Origin: Gammaproteobacteria bacterium
Lineage (GTDB): Bacteria > Pseudomonadota > Gammaproteobacteria > Steroidobacterales > Steroidobacteraceae
NCBI GenBank assembly: GCA_043746615.1
Contig: JAYTQR010000205.1
Span: forward strand, 1 to 58,203
DNA: 58,203 bases
Direction: 5' to 3'
In this document: positions 18,878 to 27,319 of the stretch, in pieces
Layout of the letters: every line of letters starts with the position of its first letter
How positions within the stretch are numbered: the stretch's first letter is position 1
Notes under the pieces: generated by a model
Seen by the model: only the letters and a program-made list of their open reading frames with translations
Database searches by the model: none
Told to the model about the DNA's origin: nothing
Translations under genes and position numbers: made by a program

Positions 18878-19735
18878 ATGTCCACATTGATCGAAGCACG
18901 CGATTTGACCAAGAAATATGGCTCCCATCTGGCCGTCGATCACGCCAATTTTGCGGTCCAGTCCGGACGGATCGTCGGGCTTGTCGGCCCGAACGGCGCC
19001 GGCAAGACCACGGTTTTGCGGGCGCTGCTCGGCCTCGCGCCGTATCAAGGACATTTGCGCGTCTTGGGTCTGGAACCGTTCCGCGCTCGCGCCGCGCTGA
19101 TGCGCGACACCTGTTTCATTGCCGATGTTGCGGTGCTGCCAGCGTGGCTGCGCGTCGGTCAGGCGATCGATTTCGTCGCCGGCGTGCATCCTCGGTTTCG
19201 CCGTGAACGCGCCCGCGCGTTGCTCGAAAAAACCCAAATCAAACCCGCGCATCGCCTGCGCGAATTATCCAAGGGCATGAAGACCCAGGTACATCTAGCC
19301 CTGACGATGGCGATCGATGCGAAACTGCTGGTTCTCGACGAGCCGACACTGGGGCTGGATATACTAGCCCGGAGCGGCTTCTACGACGCCCTGGTCAATG
19401 ACTACATGGATGATGCGCGGACGATCCTGGTCACCACACATCAGGTCGAGGAGGTGCAAAACCTGCTGACCGACGTTCTGTTCATCGACAAGGGCCGTAT
19501 CGTACTCGATGCCTCGCGCGACGAAATCTCGGCCAGCTACGCCGCCGTCGCGGTCAGTAAGGAACAACTCCCCGCGGCCCGCGCTCTGCAGCCTTTCCAC
19601 GAACGCCGCGCGCTCGGCAAAACGCTGCTGTACTTCGAGAAAGCGGACTTCAATGCGCTGACCGCTTTCGGCGAGGTGCTCACGCCGAGCGTCGCCGACT
19701 TGTTCGTTGCAAAACTTTCCGGGAGCGCCCCATGA
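18878..19735 (+). CDS. ABC transporter ATP-binding protein
   Basis: Walker A GPNGAGKTT, signature LSKGMK, Walker B LLVLDEPT. Confidence 0.92.
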   Translation: MSTLIEARDLTKKYGSHLAVDHANFAVQSGRIVGLVGPNGAGKTTVLRALLGLAPYQGHLRVLGLEPFRARAALMRDTCFIADVAVLPAWLRVGQAIDFVAGVHPRFRRERARALLEKTQIKPAHRLRELSKGMKTQVHLALTMAIDAKLLVLDEPTLGLDILARSGFYDALVNDYMDDARTILVTTHQVEEVQNLLTDVLFIDKGRIVLDASRDEISASYAAVAVSKEQLPAARALQPFHERRALGKTLLYFEKADFNALTAFGEVLTPSVADLFVAKLSGSAP

Positions 19736-20610
19736 AAGCGTTTCGTTGGCTGCTGCGCCGGGAGTTTTGGGAAAACCGCGCGATTTGGTGCGTTCCCGCG
19801 GCGATCGCCTGCGTGTTGGTGCTCGCGGCATTGTTCGGACGCGTCGATGTGGAACTCGGCGCGTTCGGCCCGCAAAGCCGCGGCGGCGGCTTGCTGCTGT
19901 TCGCATTCGGCATCGTCTTTGTCTTGGTGATGTCGATTTACACCAGCTGGTACCTGCTCGACTGCTTGCACGCAGAGCGCAAGGATCGCAGCATCCTGTT
20001 CTGGAAATCGCTGCCGGTATCGGACGCCGCGTCCGTGCTGTCTAAGCTTGCAACAGCGCTGCTGGTAATTCCGCTGGTGTACTTCGCCGCCACCGATATG
20101 ACGACGCTGTTGATGGCTTTCATCCTGTCGATTCGCGCCGGATCCCGGCTCGGCAACAGTCTGTGGCGGCCGGATACTTGGCTGCAGCTGCAGGCTTTTT
20201 GGCTTTACTTGATCGCGACGATCGCCATTTGGTTCTTGCCAGTCGCGGGTTGGCTGATGCTGGTGTCGGCTTGGGCAAAACGCGCAGTGATGCTGTGGTC
20301 GATTCTGCCGCCGCTCGCGTTGATTTGGGCCGAACGGATGTTTCTCGGCAGCCGTGTGCTCGCCGACTGGCTGTCGAGCCGATTGTTCATCGGCTACGTA
20401 AGCACGGCATTTCATGGATACCCTGCATCCAATCGGATGGCCGCCGCGATTGCCCGCGACGAAAGCTTCGCGGCGCCGGCGAGCGTTTGGCACCTGATGA
20501 ATCCGCTAGGCTTCTTGGCGAGTTCCGCGACCTGGATCGGTGCGGCGCTCGGCATTGCGCTCGTCGTCGCCGCGATTCAAGTGCGGTCGCGCAGCACCGA
20601 GATCCAGTAG
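19732..20610 (+). CDS. ABC-2 type transporter permease (multi-pass membrane protein)
   Basis: ATGA overlap with the ATPase gene. At least 6 hydrophobic segments. Confidence 0.75.
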   Translation: MKAFRWLLRREFWENRAIWCVPAAIACVLVLAALFGRVDVELGAFGPQSRGGGLLLFAFGIVFVLVMSIYTSWYLLDCLHAERKDRSILFWKSLPVSDAASVLSKLATALLVIPLVYFAATDMTTLLMAFILSIRAGSRLGNSLWRPDTWLQLQAFWLYLIATIAIWFLPVAGWLMLVSAWAKRAVMLWSILPPLALIWAERMFLGSRVLADWLSSRLFIGYVSTAFHGYPASNRMAAAIARDESFAAPASVWHLMNPLGFLASSATWIGAALGIALVVAAIQVRSRSTEIQ

Positions 20611-20671
20611 CCGTGCGATCGACACGGCGCGCGGCGATCGACGCTACGGCGAAACTCGGCACCGCCCCGCG

Positions 20672-22030
20672 TCATCCCAATAGATGCGCGAAGTAGCTGT
20701 TGCGCAGCCGGTTCAGCGGATCGGATCTCTTGCGCAGTGCGCCGAATAAACGAGCCCGCTCGCCGAACGCCTTGACGACGTGTTCCGGCTGCAGTGCGCG
20801 GGTTTGATTGAAGGTCGGCGTGCCGTTCTGCGTGGACGCAAAGTCGTTGAAGTCGATCAGGAAATCTTCCCAGCCGTGTTCGGCCGACGACGACGGCTCC
20901 AGTGTCACCATGTTGCCGGAATAGCTCGCGCTGAAAAGCGAATTCCGGTCTTTGTGCAGGCGCGCGGCGCCGGTGACGATGTTGCAGCGATACTGGTATT
21001 GCTTGTAGTACGCCCGGCAGAACGCGAAATACTCCGTCAACACCCGCGGATAATCAGCTTGTGGGAACGCCCATAGACTGTACGTATAGCGTGCCTTCCA
21101 GGCTTCGGCGGGCAAATCCCGCATCCATTCTTGTGCATAAACGATGACGCCGCGTCCCGCGCGTCCCTGCGTCGCATTGAGAGCGCGATGCACGCCCGAC
21201 AGCACCGCGCTGCGCAAGCCCGGCGTGGCGAGCACGCTGCCGACCGACGCTCCGAACGCCGGCAGCACGTTGCGCAGGACGGAATTGCGAATCTGCCAAA
21301 TGCCCGAGCGGCCTGTGCTCGCCTCTTCGTCGACGACGCGCTGTTCGACGGTCACGCGGTCATTGAACGGCGATAGATGTAGCCGCAGCGCGCCGGGCGC
21401 GGCGACGATTTTCGCGTAACGGGCGCAGAATTCGGCGAGCGTGTAAGCCTGATATTCGATCTTGACCGGCTTGACCGGACCGACGCGCAGCACGACCTCA
21501 TGGACGATGCCGAGCAGCCCGAAGCTGGATCGCAGGACCCGCATCAGGTCGCGTTCGCGTTCCGTCACGGTCAGTTGTTTGCCCTGCGGCGTGACGATCT
21601 TCATTTCGGTCACGCACGAGGCCATTTGCGCGAGGCCCTCCTGATACGAGGCCTGCGGCAGCGTCGCGACAGCGAGCGCGCCCACGGTGATATTGCCGAT
21701 TTCGGGCGTCAGCGGCAGTTCCAAGCCGCGTTCGCTGAGCGCACGCACCAAAGTACCAACGCGCACGCCGGCCTGCGCGCGCACGCAACCGTCGTCGATT
21801 TTCAAGATCTTGTTCAACTCGCCGGTACAGAGCGCGGTGCCGTCGTCGCTGCCGCCACAGCGAGTCTGCGAATAATCGGCACCGACCGGCCGAATTGGCG
21901 ATGGATACGCTTTTGGCTTGCCTAAAATAACCGCGATATCGTCGATGCGCCGCGGACTCAGCATGAGTCGCGGACGGCGATGAACGCCGGAACGTTCCGC
22001 ACGCGGCGATCGTGTCACTTTCAGTACCAT
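20672..22030 (-). CDS. FAD-binding (PCMH-type) oxidoreductase, substrate unknown
   Basis: ATG at 22030. N-terminal FAD-binding-4-like segment (...PIRPVGADYSQTRC...LNKILKIDDGCVRAQAGVRVGTLVRALSERGLELPLTPEIGNITVGALA) and a C-terminal oxidase-like domain. Preceded by the GEMM-I riboswitch. Confidence 0.8.
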   Translation of the reverse strand: MVLKVTRSPRAERSGVHRRPRLMLSPRRIDDIAVILGKPKAYPSPIRPVGADYSQTRCGGSDDGTALCTGELNKILKIDDGCVRAQAGVRVGTLVRALSERGLELPLTPEIGNITVGALAVATLPQASYQEGLAQMASCVTEMKIVTPQGKQLTVTERERDLMRVLRSSFGLLGIVHEVVLRVGPVKPVKIEYQAYTLAEFCARYAKIVAAPGALRLHLSPFNDRVTVEQRVVDEEASTGRSGIWQIRNSVLRNVLPAFGASVGSVLATPGLRSAVLSGVHRALNATQGRAGRGVIVYAQEWMRDLPAEAWKARYTYSLWAFPQADYPRVLTEYFAFCRAYYKQYQYRCNIVTGAARLHKDRNSLFSASYSGNMVTLEPSSSAEHGWEDFLIDFNDFASTQNGTPTFNQTRALQPEHVVKAFGERARLFGALRKRSDPLNRLRNSYFAHLLG

Positions 22031-22127
22031 GGCTTCCCCCCGGAAGATTGCAACGCTAGAACGACGCAAACCTACTGTTGGGGGTGCAGACCGCGCGTCA
22101 TTCAGGCAGCGCGGATAGCGAGTCGAG

Positions 22128-22230
22128 AGACTGGCAACCCCGCTGTCGTCAGGCGTCCTAGCGGATGCCTCTTAGACCGGTGGCTTTGCGTCCCCGCCTT
22201 TCAGCGGGTTTGCCCTTAAAACAGTGCGGT
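22128..22230 (-). promoter_or_regulatory. cyclic-di-GMP class I (GEMM) riboswitch aptamer
   Basis: Minus-strand RNA: GCACUGUUUUAAGGGCAAACCCGCUGAAAGGCGGGGACGCAAAGCCACCGGUCUAAGAGGCAUCCGCUAGGACGCCUGACGACAGCGGGGUUGCCAGU. It shares the conserved blocks of V. cholerae Vc2 (AGGGCAAACC / GAAA tetraloop hairpin / GGGACGCAAAGCC..CCGG..CUAA / AGCGGGGUU.CC). The P2 hairpin CCCGCU-GAAA-GGCGGG and a closing ACUG/CAGU P1 are visible. It lies about 100 nt upstream of the FAD oxidoreductase ATG. Confidence 0.85.
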
Positions 22231-22405
22231 CACTATGCGGTGAACCCACGCGTCTGTAAAGAGTCGCGTGCGACGGCCTCCAAAAAACTCATGAATTCAT
22301 GCAGTTACCCGTTTAGCAAGGGTATTTCGGCATGCTCGGCGGCGTCCGGCGTGCCGCCGGGGACGTCGGCTATGCGCAGCCGCGTTGTGTGCGCAAGTGC
22401 GGGGT

Positions 22406-23326
22406 TCAGCGCAGGGTGGAATTCAGTAGGGCGAGCCTACCCTCGAAATCGCCAAACCCGGCCATATGAATGCTGCCGGCCGGAAACTGCGACGGCTCCG
22501 CGTAGAAGGATGCAGCGCCGCCGATCCAGATTTCAATGTCTTGCCGCAGACCGGCGCGCAGCGCGGCCAGTTGCCGCAGCGAAAGTTCCAGGTTGTCGGG
22601 CATGACCATGCTGATCGCGACGGCCGCGGCGCTGACGCGTTGTGCGAAATTCGCAATCGCTGCGGGTGGCAAGTCGGGACCGAGATAGCAGGTGCGCAGT
22701 TTGTGACTGGCCGCCACCGCCGCGAACATCAGGATGCCGAGCTCATGCAATTCGCCGCTGATCGTCGCGAACACGATGGTCGCGCCCTTCGCGGCCGCGC
22801 TGTACGCCTGCAAAATACCGCTGATCTGACGCCGCATGGCGCTCGAGACCATCCGCTCCTGACCGACGGTGAATTCCCCCCGATGCCAACGGTCGCCGAC
22901 TTCACGCAGTACCGGTGATAGTACGTCGCCGAGGACCGTGCTCAGCGGCAATAGCGCGAAGGCCATCGCGATCACCTGATCGCACTCGCCGGTTTCGTAA
23001 TTCTCGATCGCATGCAGCAATTTGCCGCCAAGCGCGTGCGCCGCCGCGCCGTTGGTCCCGTCGCCGGCCCGATCTGCGAGCAGCAGCATCAATTCGGCGT
23101 CGGACAGGCGCGCAATCTTGCTGATCGAGTGTCCGCGATTGGTCGTTTCGCGCAGCCGCCGCAGCCGCGCAACGTCGCATGCCGTGTAGAGCCGGTGACC
23201 ATCGCAGCCGCGTTTCGGCTCGACGATGCTGTAACGGCGCTCCCAGGCACGCAAGGTCTCGACGCTCAGGCCCGTGGCGATGGACACCGCCTTGATCGAA
23301 TAATGCGTGCCGTCGTTATTCGACAC
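22406..23326 (-). CDS. MerR family transcriptional regulator with C-terminal cobalamin (B12)-binding domain (CarH/LitR-like)
   Basis: MerR HTH YSIKAVSIATGLSVETLRAWERRYSIVEPKRGCDGHRLYTACDVARLRRL. B12-binding Rossmann domain with ATISGELHELGILMFAAVAA (E-x-H-x-x-G lower-ligand His motif). GTG at 23326 with an upstream GAGG is preferred; the track ORF runs to GTG at 23449, which would overlap the upstream gene. Confidence 0.85.
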   Translation of the reverse strand: MSNNDGTHYSIKAVSIATGLSVETLRAWERRYSIVEPKRGCDGHRLYTACDVARLRRLRETTNRGHSISKIARLSDAELMLLLADRAGDGTNGAAAHALGGKLLHAIENYETGECDQVIAMAFALLPLSTVLGDVLSPVLREVGDRWHRGEFTVGQERMVSSAMRRQISGILQAYSAAAKGATIVFATISGELHELGILMFAAVAASHKLRTCYLGPDLPPAAIANFAQRVSAAAVAISMVMPDNLELSLRQLAALRAGLRQDIEIWIGGAASFYAEPSQFPAGSIHMAGFGDFEGRLALLNSTLR

Positions 23327-23406
23327 GCTGCGCCTCGATCGCGCGCAGGGTGAGATCCCGGGCAGATAACATAGCGGGTCATTGTAACCCGCGATACCGT
23401 ACCCGC

Positions 23407-25893
23407 CTACGAAGAGGCCGTGCGCGGCGGCCGCACCGTGGGTGCGCACAAGACCGCGTGATGGGCGACTCCGCCGCCGCGGCTCTGACTGGCCAGAATC
23501 TCGAGGAAGCTGTCTTTTTCCATGGCGTCGCCGAAGAGGCGGCCCTGCGCAAAGTGGCAGCCGTGCCGCCGCAGAAATTCCAATTGTTCGGCGGACTCGA
23601 CGCCTTCGGCGACGACTTCGAGATTGAGGCTCTTGCCCATATCGATGATCGTGCGGACGATCGCGGCGTCGTCGGAATCCACGGCGACGTCGCAGACGAA
23701 CGATTGATCGATCTTCAAGGTGCCAATCGGGAATTGCTGCAACGCTGAAAGCGACGAATATCCGGTGCCGAAGTCGTCGATCGCCAGGTGCAATCCCATG
23801 CCGTACAACTCGTTCAGCAGGAAAATTGTGCGCTTCGGATCGGTCATCAACGTCGTCTCGGTGACCTCCAGCTCGAATGACGTCGGCGAGACTTCATGCT
23901 TGCGGAAAATGGCGCGCGCGCGCGCGATGAAGCTCGATTGCTTCAGCTGCCGCAACGACAGATTGATGGCGACACGGCCGGGTTGCGGCACGACGCGTTG
24001 CCACTCCCGGTAATCGGCGCAAACTCTGTTCATGACCCATTCGCCGATTTCCGCGATCAAACTGGTTTCCTCGGCGAGCGGAATGAAGTGCGCGGGCGAA
24101 ATATCCCCGTGGCCCGGCAGCCGCCAGCGCAGCAGCGCCTCGGCGCCGACGACACGCCCGTCGCGCAAATCGACCTTCGATTGATACAGGATGACCAGTT
24201 CGTCTCTTTCCATCGCGCGCCGCAGCTTGCTCTTCAGCATCAAACGCTCCACCGCCACGGCGTTCATCTCGGGGACGTAGAACGCGCTCGAGTTGCCGCC
24301 GTTTTGCTTGGAGTGATACATCGCCGCATCGGCGTTGCGGATCAGGTCGATGACGTTTTCGGCATCGTTCGGGCACAGCGCGATGCCCACGCTCGCCGTC
24401 AGATACACCTCTTCCTGATTGACGTAAAAAGTCCGGCTGATCTCGTCGAGCAACGTCCGCGCCAGTGCGCCGATGCCGGCGCGATTGTCCGCATCGGGCG
24501 GCAGGTCGTCGATGAACATCGCGAATTCGTCTCCGGCCAGACGGCCGATGATCGTATCCTTGCTCAAGTTCCGCGTCAGGCGCTCGCTAAGGATCTCCAG
24601 CGTGCGATCGCCGGCCGCATGCCCGAACGTGTCGTTTACTTCCTTGAAGCGATCCAAATCCAGATACAGCAGCGCGAGCGAGCGCTGGTTGCGGCGCGAG
24701 CGGGCGATGGCCTGCTGCAGCAAATGCTGGAATTGCATTCTGTTCGGCATCTTCGTCAGCGTGTCGTAGCGCGCCAAATAGCGAATGCGCCGCTCCGCGC
24801 GCTTGCGCTCGGTAATGTTGCGCGCGACGTATATAGTGCCCTGGAACTGCGGGTCGGCGGTGCTGATCGGCGAACTCGCCATCGACACGGGGATCGTCTG
24901 TCCGCTAGCGGTACGCAACACCGTCTCGCGGGCCTCCGACGCGCCGGGCGCCGGATCGAATCCTGGACGGTGCGGCTCGTCGATGAAACCGACCAAGGGC
25001 TTGCCGAACAGCTCGTCGTCCTGGTAACCGAGCAGCAGATGCGCGGCCTCGTTGCAGCTCTTGACTGTGCCGTCGGGCGAGGTGACCAACACCGCGTCGC
25101 TGAGGCTGTTCAGCACCGTGTTCAGATAATTCTTCGTTATCGTCGTTTCCCGCAATTTTTGCCGCATGCGTTCCAGCGCCGATTGCAGTTCGCCGATTTC
25201 GTCGCGGCGCACGACGGCAAGCGGCCGCGTGTAATCACCCTCGCCGATTCGGTCGGCGGTCTTCACCAATGCCGCGATCGGGCGCGCCAATTGCCGGGCG
25301 ATGAACCACGCCCCCGTCAATCCCACGAGCAACAGCAGCCCGCAGAGACCCGCGAGGCGGCCGACCACCCGGGCGGCCTGGCGCTGCTGCTGATGCTCGA
25401 GTTCCGCGCGCAGTTCAGCGAGCGTCCCTTCGAGATTGGCCCTACTCATCCAGATACGCAGCTCGCCGACGCGCCGCGGCACGTTGCCGCGCAGGGTAGC
25501 TAGAATCTTGGTTTGCAGAACGAAGGGTCCGCTCACCGACCGCGGCACGCGTGCGGCGGTGTTGCCGTAGACGACATTGCCGGCGGCGTCCGATACCTCG
25601 ACGCGTTCGACGTCGTTTTGCCGGAGCAGCCGTGCGGCGACCGCGGCGATCGCCGCGGTATTCCCCGACCTTAGCGACGTCGCCAGCGAAGAGGCAGAAA
25701 TTCTGCTGAGATTGTGCGCCCGAGCTTCGAGATCCGACTCGATCTTGCTGCCGACGGTAGCGTTCGCAAGCTCGGTGATTTTTGTGGCGTCGGTGCGGTT
25801 TGCATAGTAGACCAGGTCGCAGAGCAGGCCGGATAGCACAACGACGACCACAAAGGCCATCAGCGTATAGTTTGTTTTAAGGCTCCGTGCCAT
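23407..25893 (-). CDS. membrane sensor, HAMP-PAS-GGDEF-EAL c-di-GMP turnover protein
   Basis: Two TM helices flank a periplasmic region of about 150 aa. HAMP (ARPIAALVKTADRIGEGDY), then PAS. The GGDEF domain carries the variant AGDEF signature. The EAL domain has ELVILYQSK, EALLRW, ELEVTE, DDFGTGYSSL, KIDQSF and EGVE motifs. Confidence 0.92.
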   Translation of the reverse strand: MARSLKTNYTLMAFVVVVVLSGLLCDLVYYANRTDATKITELANATVGSKIESDLEARAHNLSRISASSLATSLRSGNTAAIAAVAARLLRQNDVERVEVSDAAGNVVYGNTAARVPRSVSGPFVLQTKILATLRGNVPRRVGELRIWMSRANLEGTLAELRAELEHQQQRQAARVVGRLAGLCGLLLLVGLTGAWFIARQLARPIAALVKTADRIGEGDYTRPLAVVRRDEIGELQSALERMRQKLRETTITKNYLNTVLNSLSDAVLVTSPDGTVKSCNEAAHLLLGYQDDELFGKPLVGFIDEPHRPGFDPAPGASEARETVLRTASGQTIPVSMASSPISTADPQFQGTIYVARNITERKRAERRIRYLARYDTLTKMPNRMQFQHLLQQAIARSRRNQRSLALLYLDLDRFKEVNDTFGHAAGDRTLEILSERLTRNLSKDTIIGRLAGDEFAMFIDDLPPDADNRAGIGALARTLLDEISRTFYVNQEEVYLTASVGIALCPNDAENVIDLIRNADAAMYHSKQNGGNSSAFYVPEMNAVAVERLMLKSKLRRAMERDELVILYQSKVDLRDGRVVGAEALLRWRLPGHGDISPAHFIPLAEETSLIAEIGEWVMNRVCADYREWQRVVPQPGRVAINLSLRQLKQSSFIARARAIFRKHEVSPTSFELEVTETTLMTDPKRTIFLLNELYGMGLHLAIDDFGTGYSSLSALQQFPIGTLKIDQSFVCDVAVDSDDAAIVRTIIDMGKSLNLEVVAEGVESAEQLEFLRRHGCHFAQGRLFGDAMEKDSFLEILASQSRGGGVAHHAVLCAPTVRPPRTASS

Positions 25894-25996
25894 GGTTCAC
25901 ACCAGCCGCGGCTGCGGCCGCCAACGCCGCAATGATACTCGCTCGCGCCAAAGCTCATAAGGGGCCGCGTACAATCGGCATCGTATGGGCGCGAAC

Positions 25997-26641
25997 ATGC
26001 GGATCGACATCTATTCCGACACGGTTTGTCCGTGGTGCTTTCTCGGCAAGCGGCGCTTCGAGTCGGCACTTGCGATGCGTCCCCAATACGAGCCGCACGT
26101 CCGCTGGCGCCCGTTCGAACTGAATCCGGATCTACCCGCCGAAGGTGTCGACCGGGCTTCGTTCCTCGCGACGCGGAGCGCGGATCAGGAGCGCTTCAAG
26201 CAGGGCGAAATCGCGCTCATGGATCTCGGCAAGGCAGCGGGCATCAATTTCCGTTTCGACTTAATCCAACGCCTGCCGAACACGCGGCGCTCGCATTTGT
26301 TGATCGCTCACGCTGCGTGGCAGGGTCGGCAAGGAGAAGTCAAGGAGCGCATCATGCGCGCGTATTTTCAGGAGGGCTGCGACATCGGCGACATCGACGA
26401 ACTCGTCCGCCTCGGGGCCGAGGCGGGTCTCGACGCGGCCGACTGCCGCCAGGCACTCGTGCTGCGATCCGGCCAAAACGCGATCGTCGCCGCCGAACGG
26501 CACGCGGCGGCGGTCGGGCTGACGGCGGTACCGGCCTTCATCTTCAACGGCGAATATGCCGTTGCCGGCGCCCAGGAATCGGACAGGTTTATTGTCGCGA
26601 TGGACCAAGTCGCCAAATCCGACGCAAACCGCGAGCGCTGA
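25997..26641 (+). CDS. DsbA family oxidoreductase (FrnE/HCCA-isomerase-like thioredoxin fold)
   Basis: MRIDIYSDTVCPWCFLGKRRFE with a CPWC active site. ATG at 25997 (alternative ATG at 25985). Confidence 0.85.
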   Translation: MRIDIYSDTVCPWCFLGKRRFESALAMRPQYEPHVRWRPFELNPDLPAEGVDRASFLATRSADQERFKQGEIALMDLGKAAGINFRFDLIQRLPNTRRSHLLIAHAAWQGRQGEVKERIMRAYFQEGCDIGDIDELVRLGAEAGLDAADCRQALVLRSGQNAIVAAERHAAAVGLTAVPAFIFNGEYAVAGAQESDRFIVAMDQVAKSDANRER

Positions 26642-26644
26642 GCT

Positions 26645-27319
26645 GTGAACGGCGCTGAGTTGACCGGCAGAGCCCGCACGCACGTCGCCGATGTCGCCGA
26701 GATCGGTCGCGCGCTGCATCTCGATGCGATCGCGCCGTTCTTGAATTTGCGGCGCGCCGCGGCGGCCGGCGGCATCGATCTGGTGCCGTTGAGCAGCTTT
26801 CGGGATTTCGACCATCAACTGGCGATCTGGAACGGCAAATTCAGCGGTGAACGTCCGCTGTACGACGCAAAAGGGGGCCGCATCGAGGCCGGCGCTCTAC
26901 CGCCGGCGGCACGCGTCGAGGCCATTCTGCGCTGGTCCGCGCTGCCCGGCGCCAGCCGCCACCATTGGGGGACGGACGTGGATTTGATCGATCGAAATGC
27001 GGTTGGCTCGCACTACCGCGTGCAGTTGACGGCGGCCGAATACGAGGACGGCGGACCGTTCGCGCGGCTCGCCGCATGGCTCGAAGAGAATGCCGGCCGC
27101 TTCGGATTCTCCCGGCCGTACCGGGGCATTCTATCCGGCGTACAGGCGGAACCCTGGCACTACAGTTTCGCACCGGTAGCCGAACCGGCTCGCCGCCGCT
27201 TGAGCCCGGCTTTACTCGGAGCCGCGATCGCCGGCGCGCCGATGCTCGGCAAGGACCAGGTTTTGGCCACGCTCGATGCGCTGCACGCTCGCTTCGTCGC
27301 GCGAGTCGATCTCGCCTAG
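26645..27319 (+). CDS. M15 family metallopeptidase (VanY/LdcB-like D-alanyl-D-alanine carboxypeptidase)
   Basis: SSFRDFDHQ, SRHHWGTDVDL (SxHxxGxAxD-type) and EPWHY zinc-ligand motifs. GTG start. Confidence 0.8.
   Translation: MNGAELTGRARTHVADVAEIGRALHLDAIAPFLNLRRAAAAGGIDLVPLSSFRDFDHQLAIWNGKFSGERPLYDAKGGRIEAGALPPAARVEAILRWSALPGASRHHWGTDVDLIDRNAVGSHYRVQLTAAEYEDGGPFARLAAWLEENAGRFGFSRPYRGILSGVQAEPWHYSFAPVAEPARRRLSPALLGAAIAGAPMLGKDQVLATLDALHARFVARVDLA

Noticed and set aside
22100-22240. Cobalamin riboswitch, considered because of the adjacent B12-binding regulator and a GCCACCGG string resembling a B12 box.
   Set aside because: The conserved cobalamin core (GGUGAAAAUCC..., GCCACUG, AGCCAGGAGACCUGCC order) is not present. 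The same bases align much better, block by block, to the c-di-GMP-I (GEMM) consensus.
22291-22319. Sigma-70 promoter TTGCTA-N17-ATTCAT for the riboswitch transcript.
   Set aside because: The -10 candidate matches only 3 of 6 positions and lacks the key -11 A. This is too weak to call, so only the palindrome is reported.
22165-22605. Plus-strand 146-aa ORF spanning the riboswitch and the end of the MerR gene.
   Set aside because: It overlaps a structured RNA element and the 3' end of a well-supported minus-strand gene. The translation has no recognisable features.
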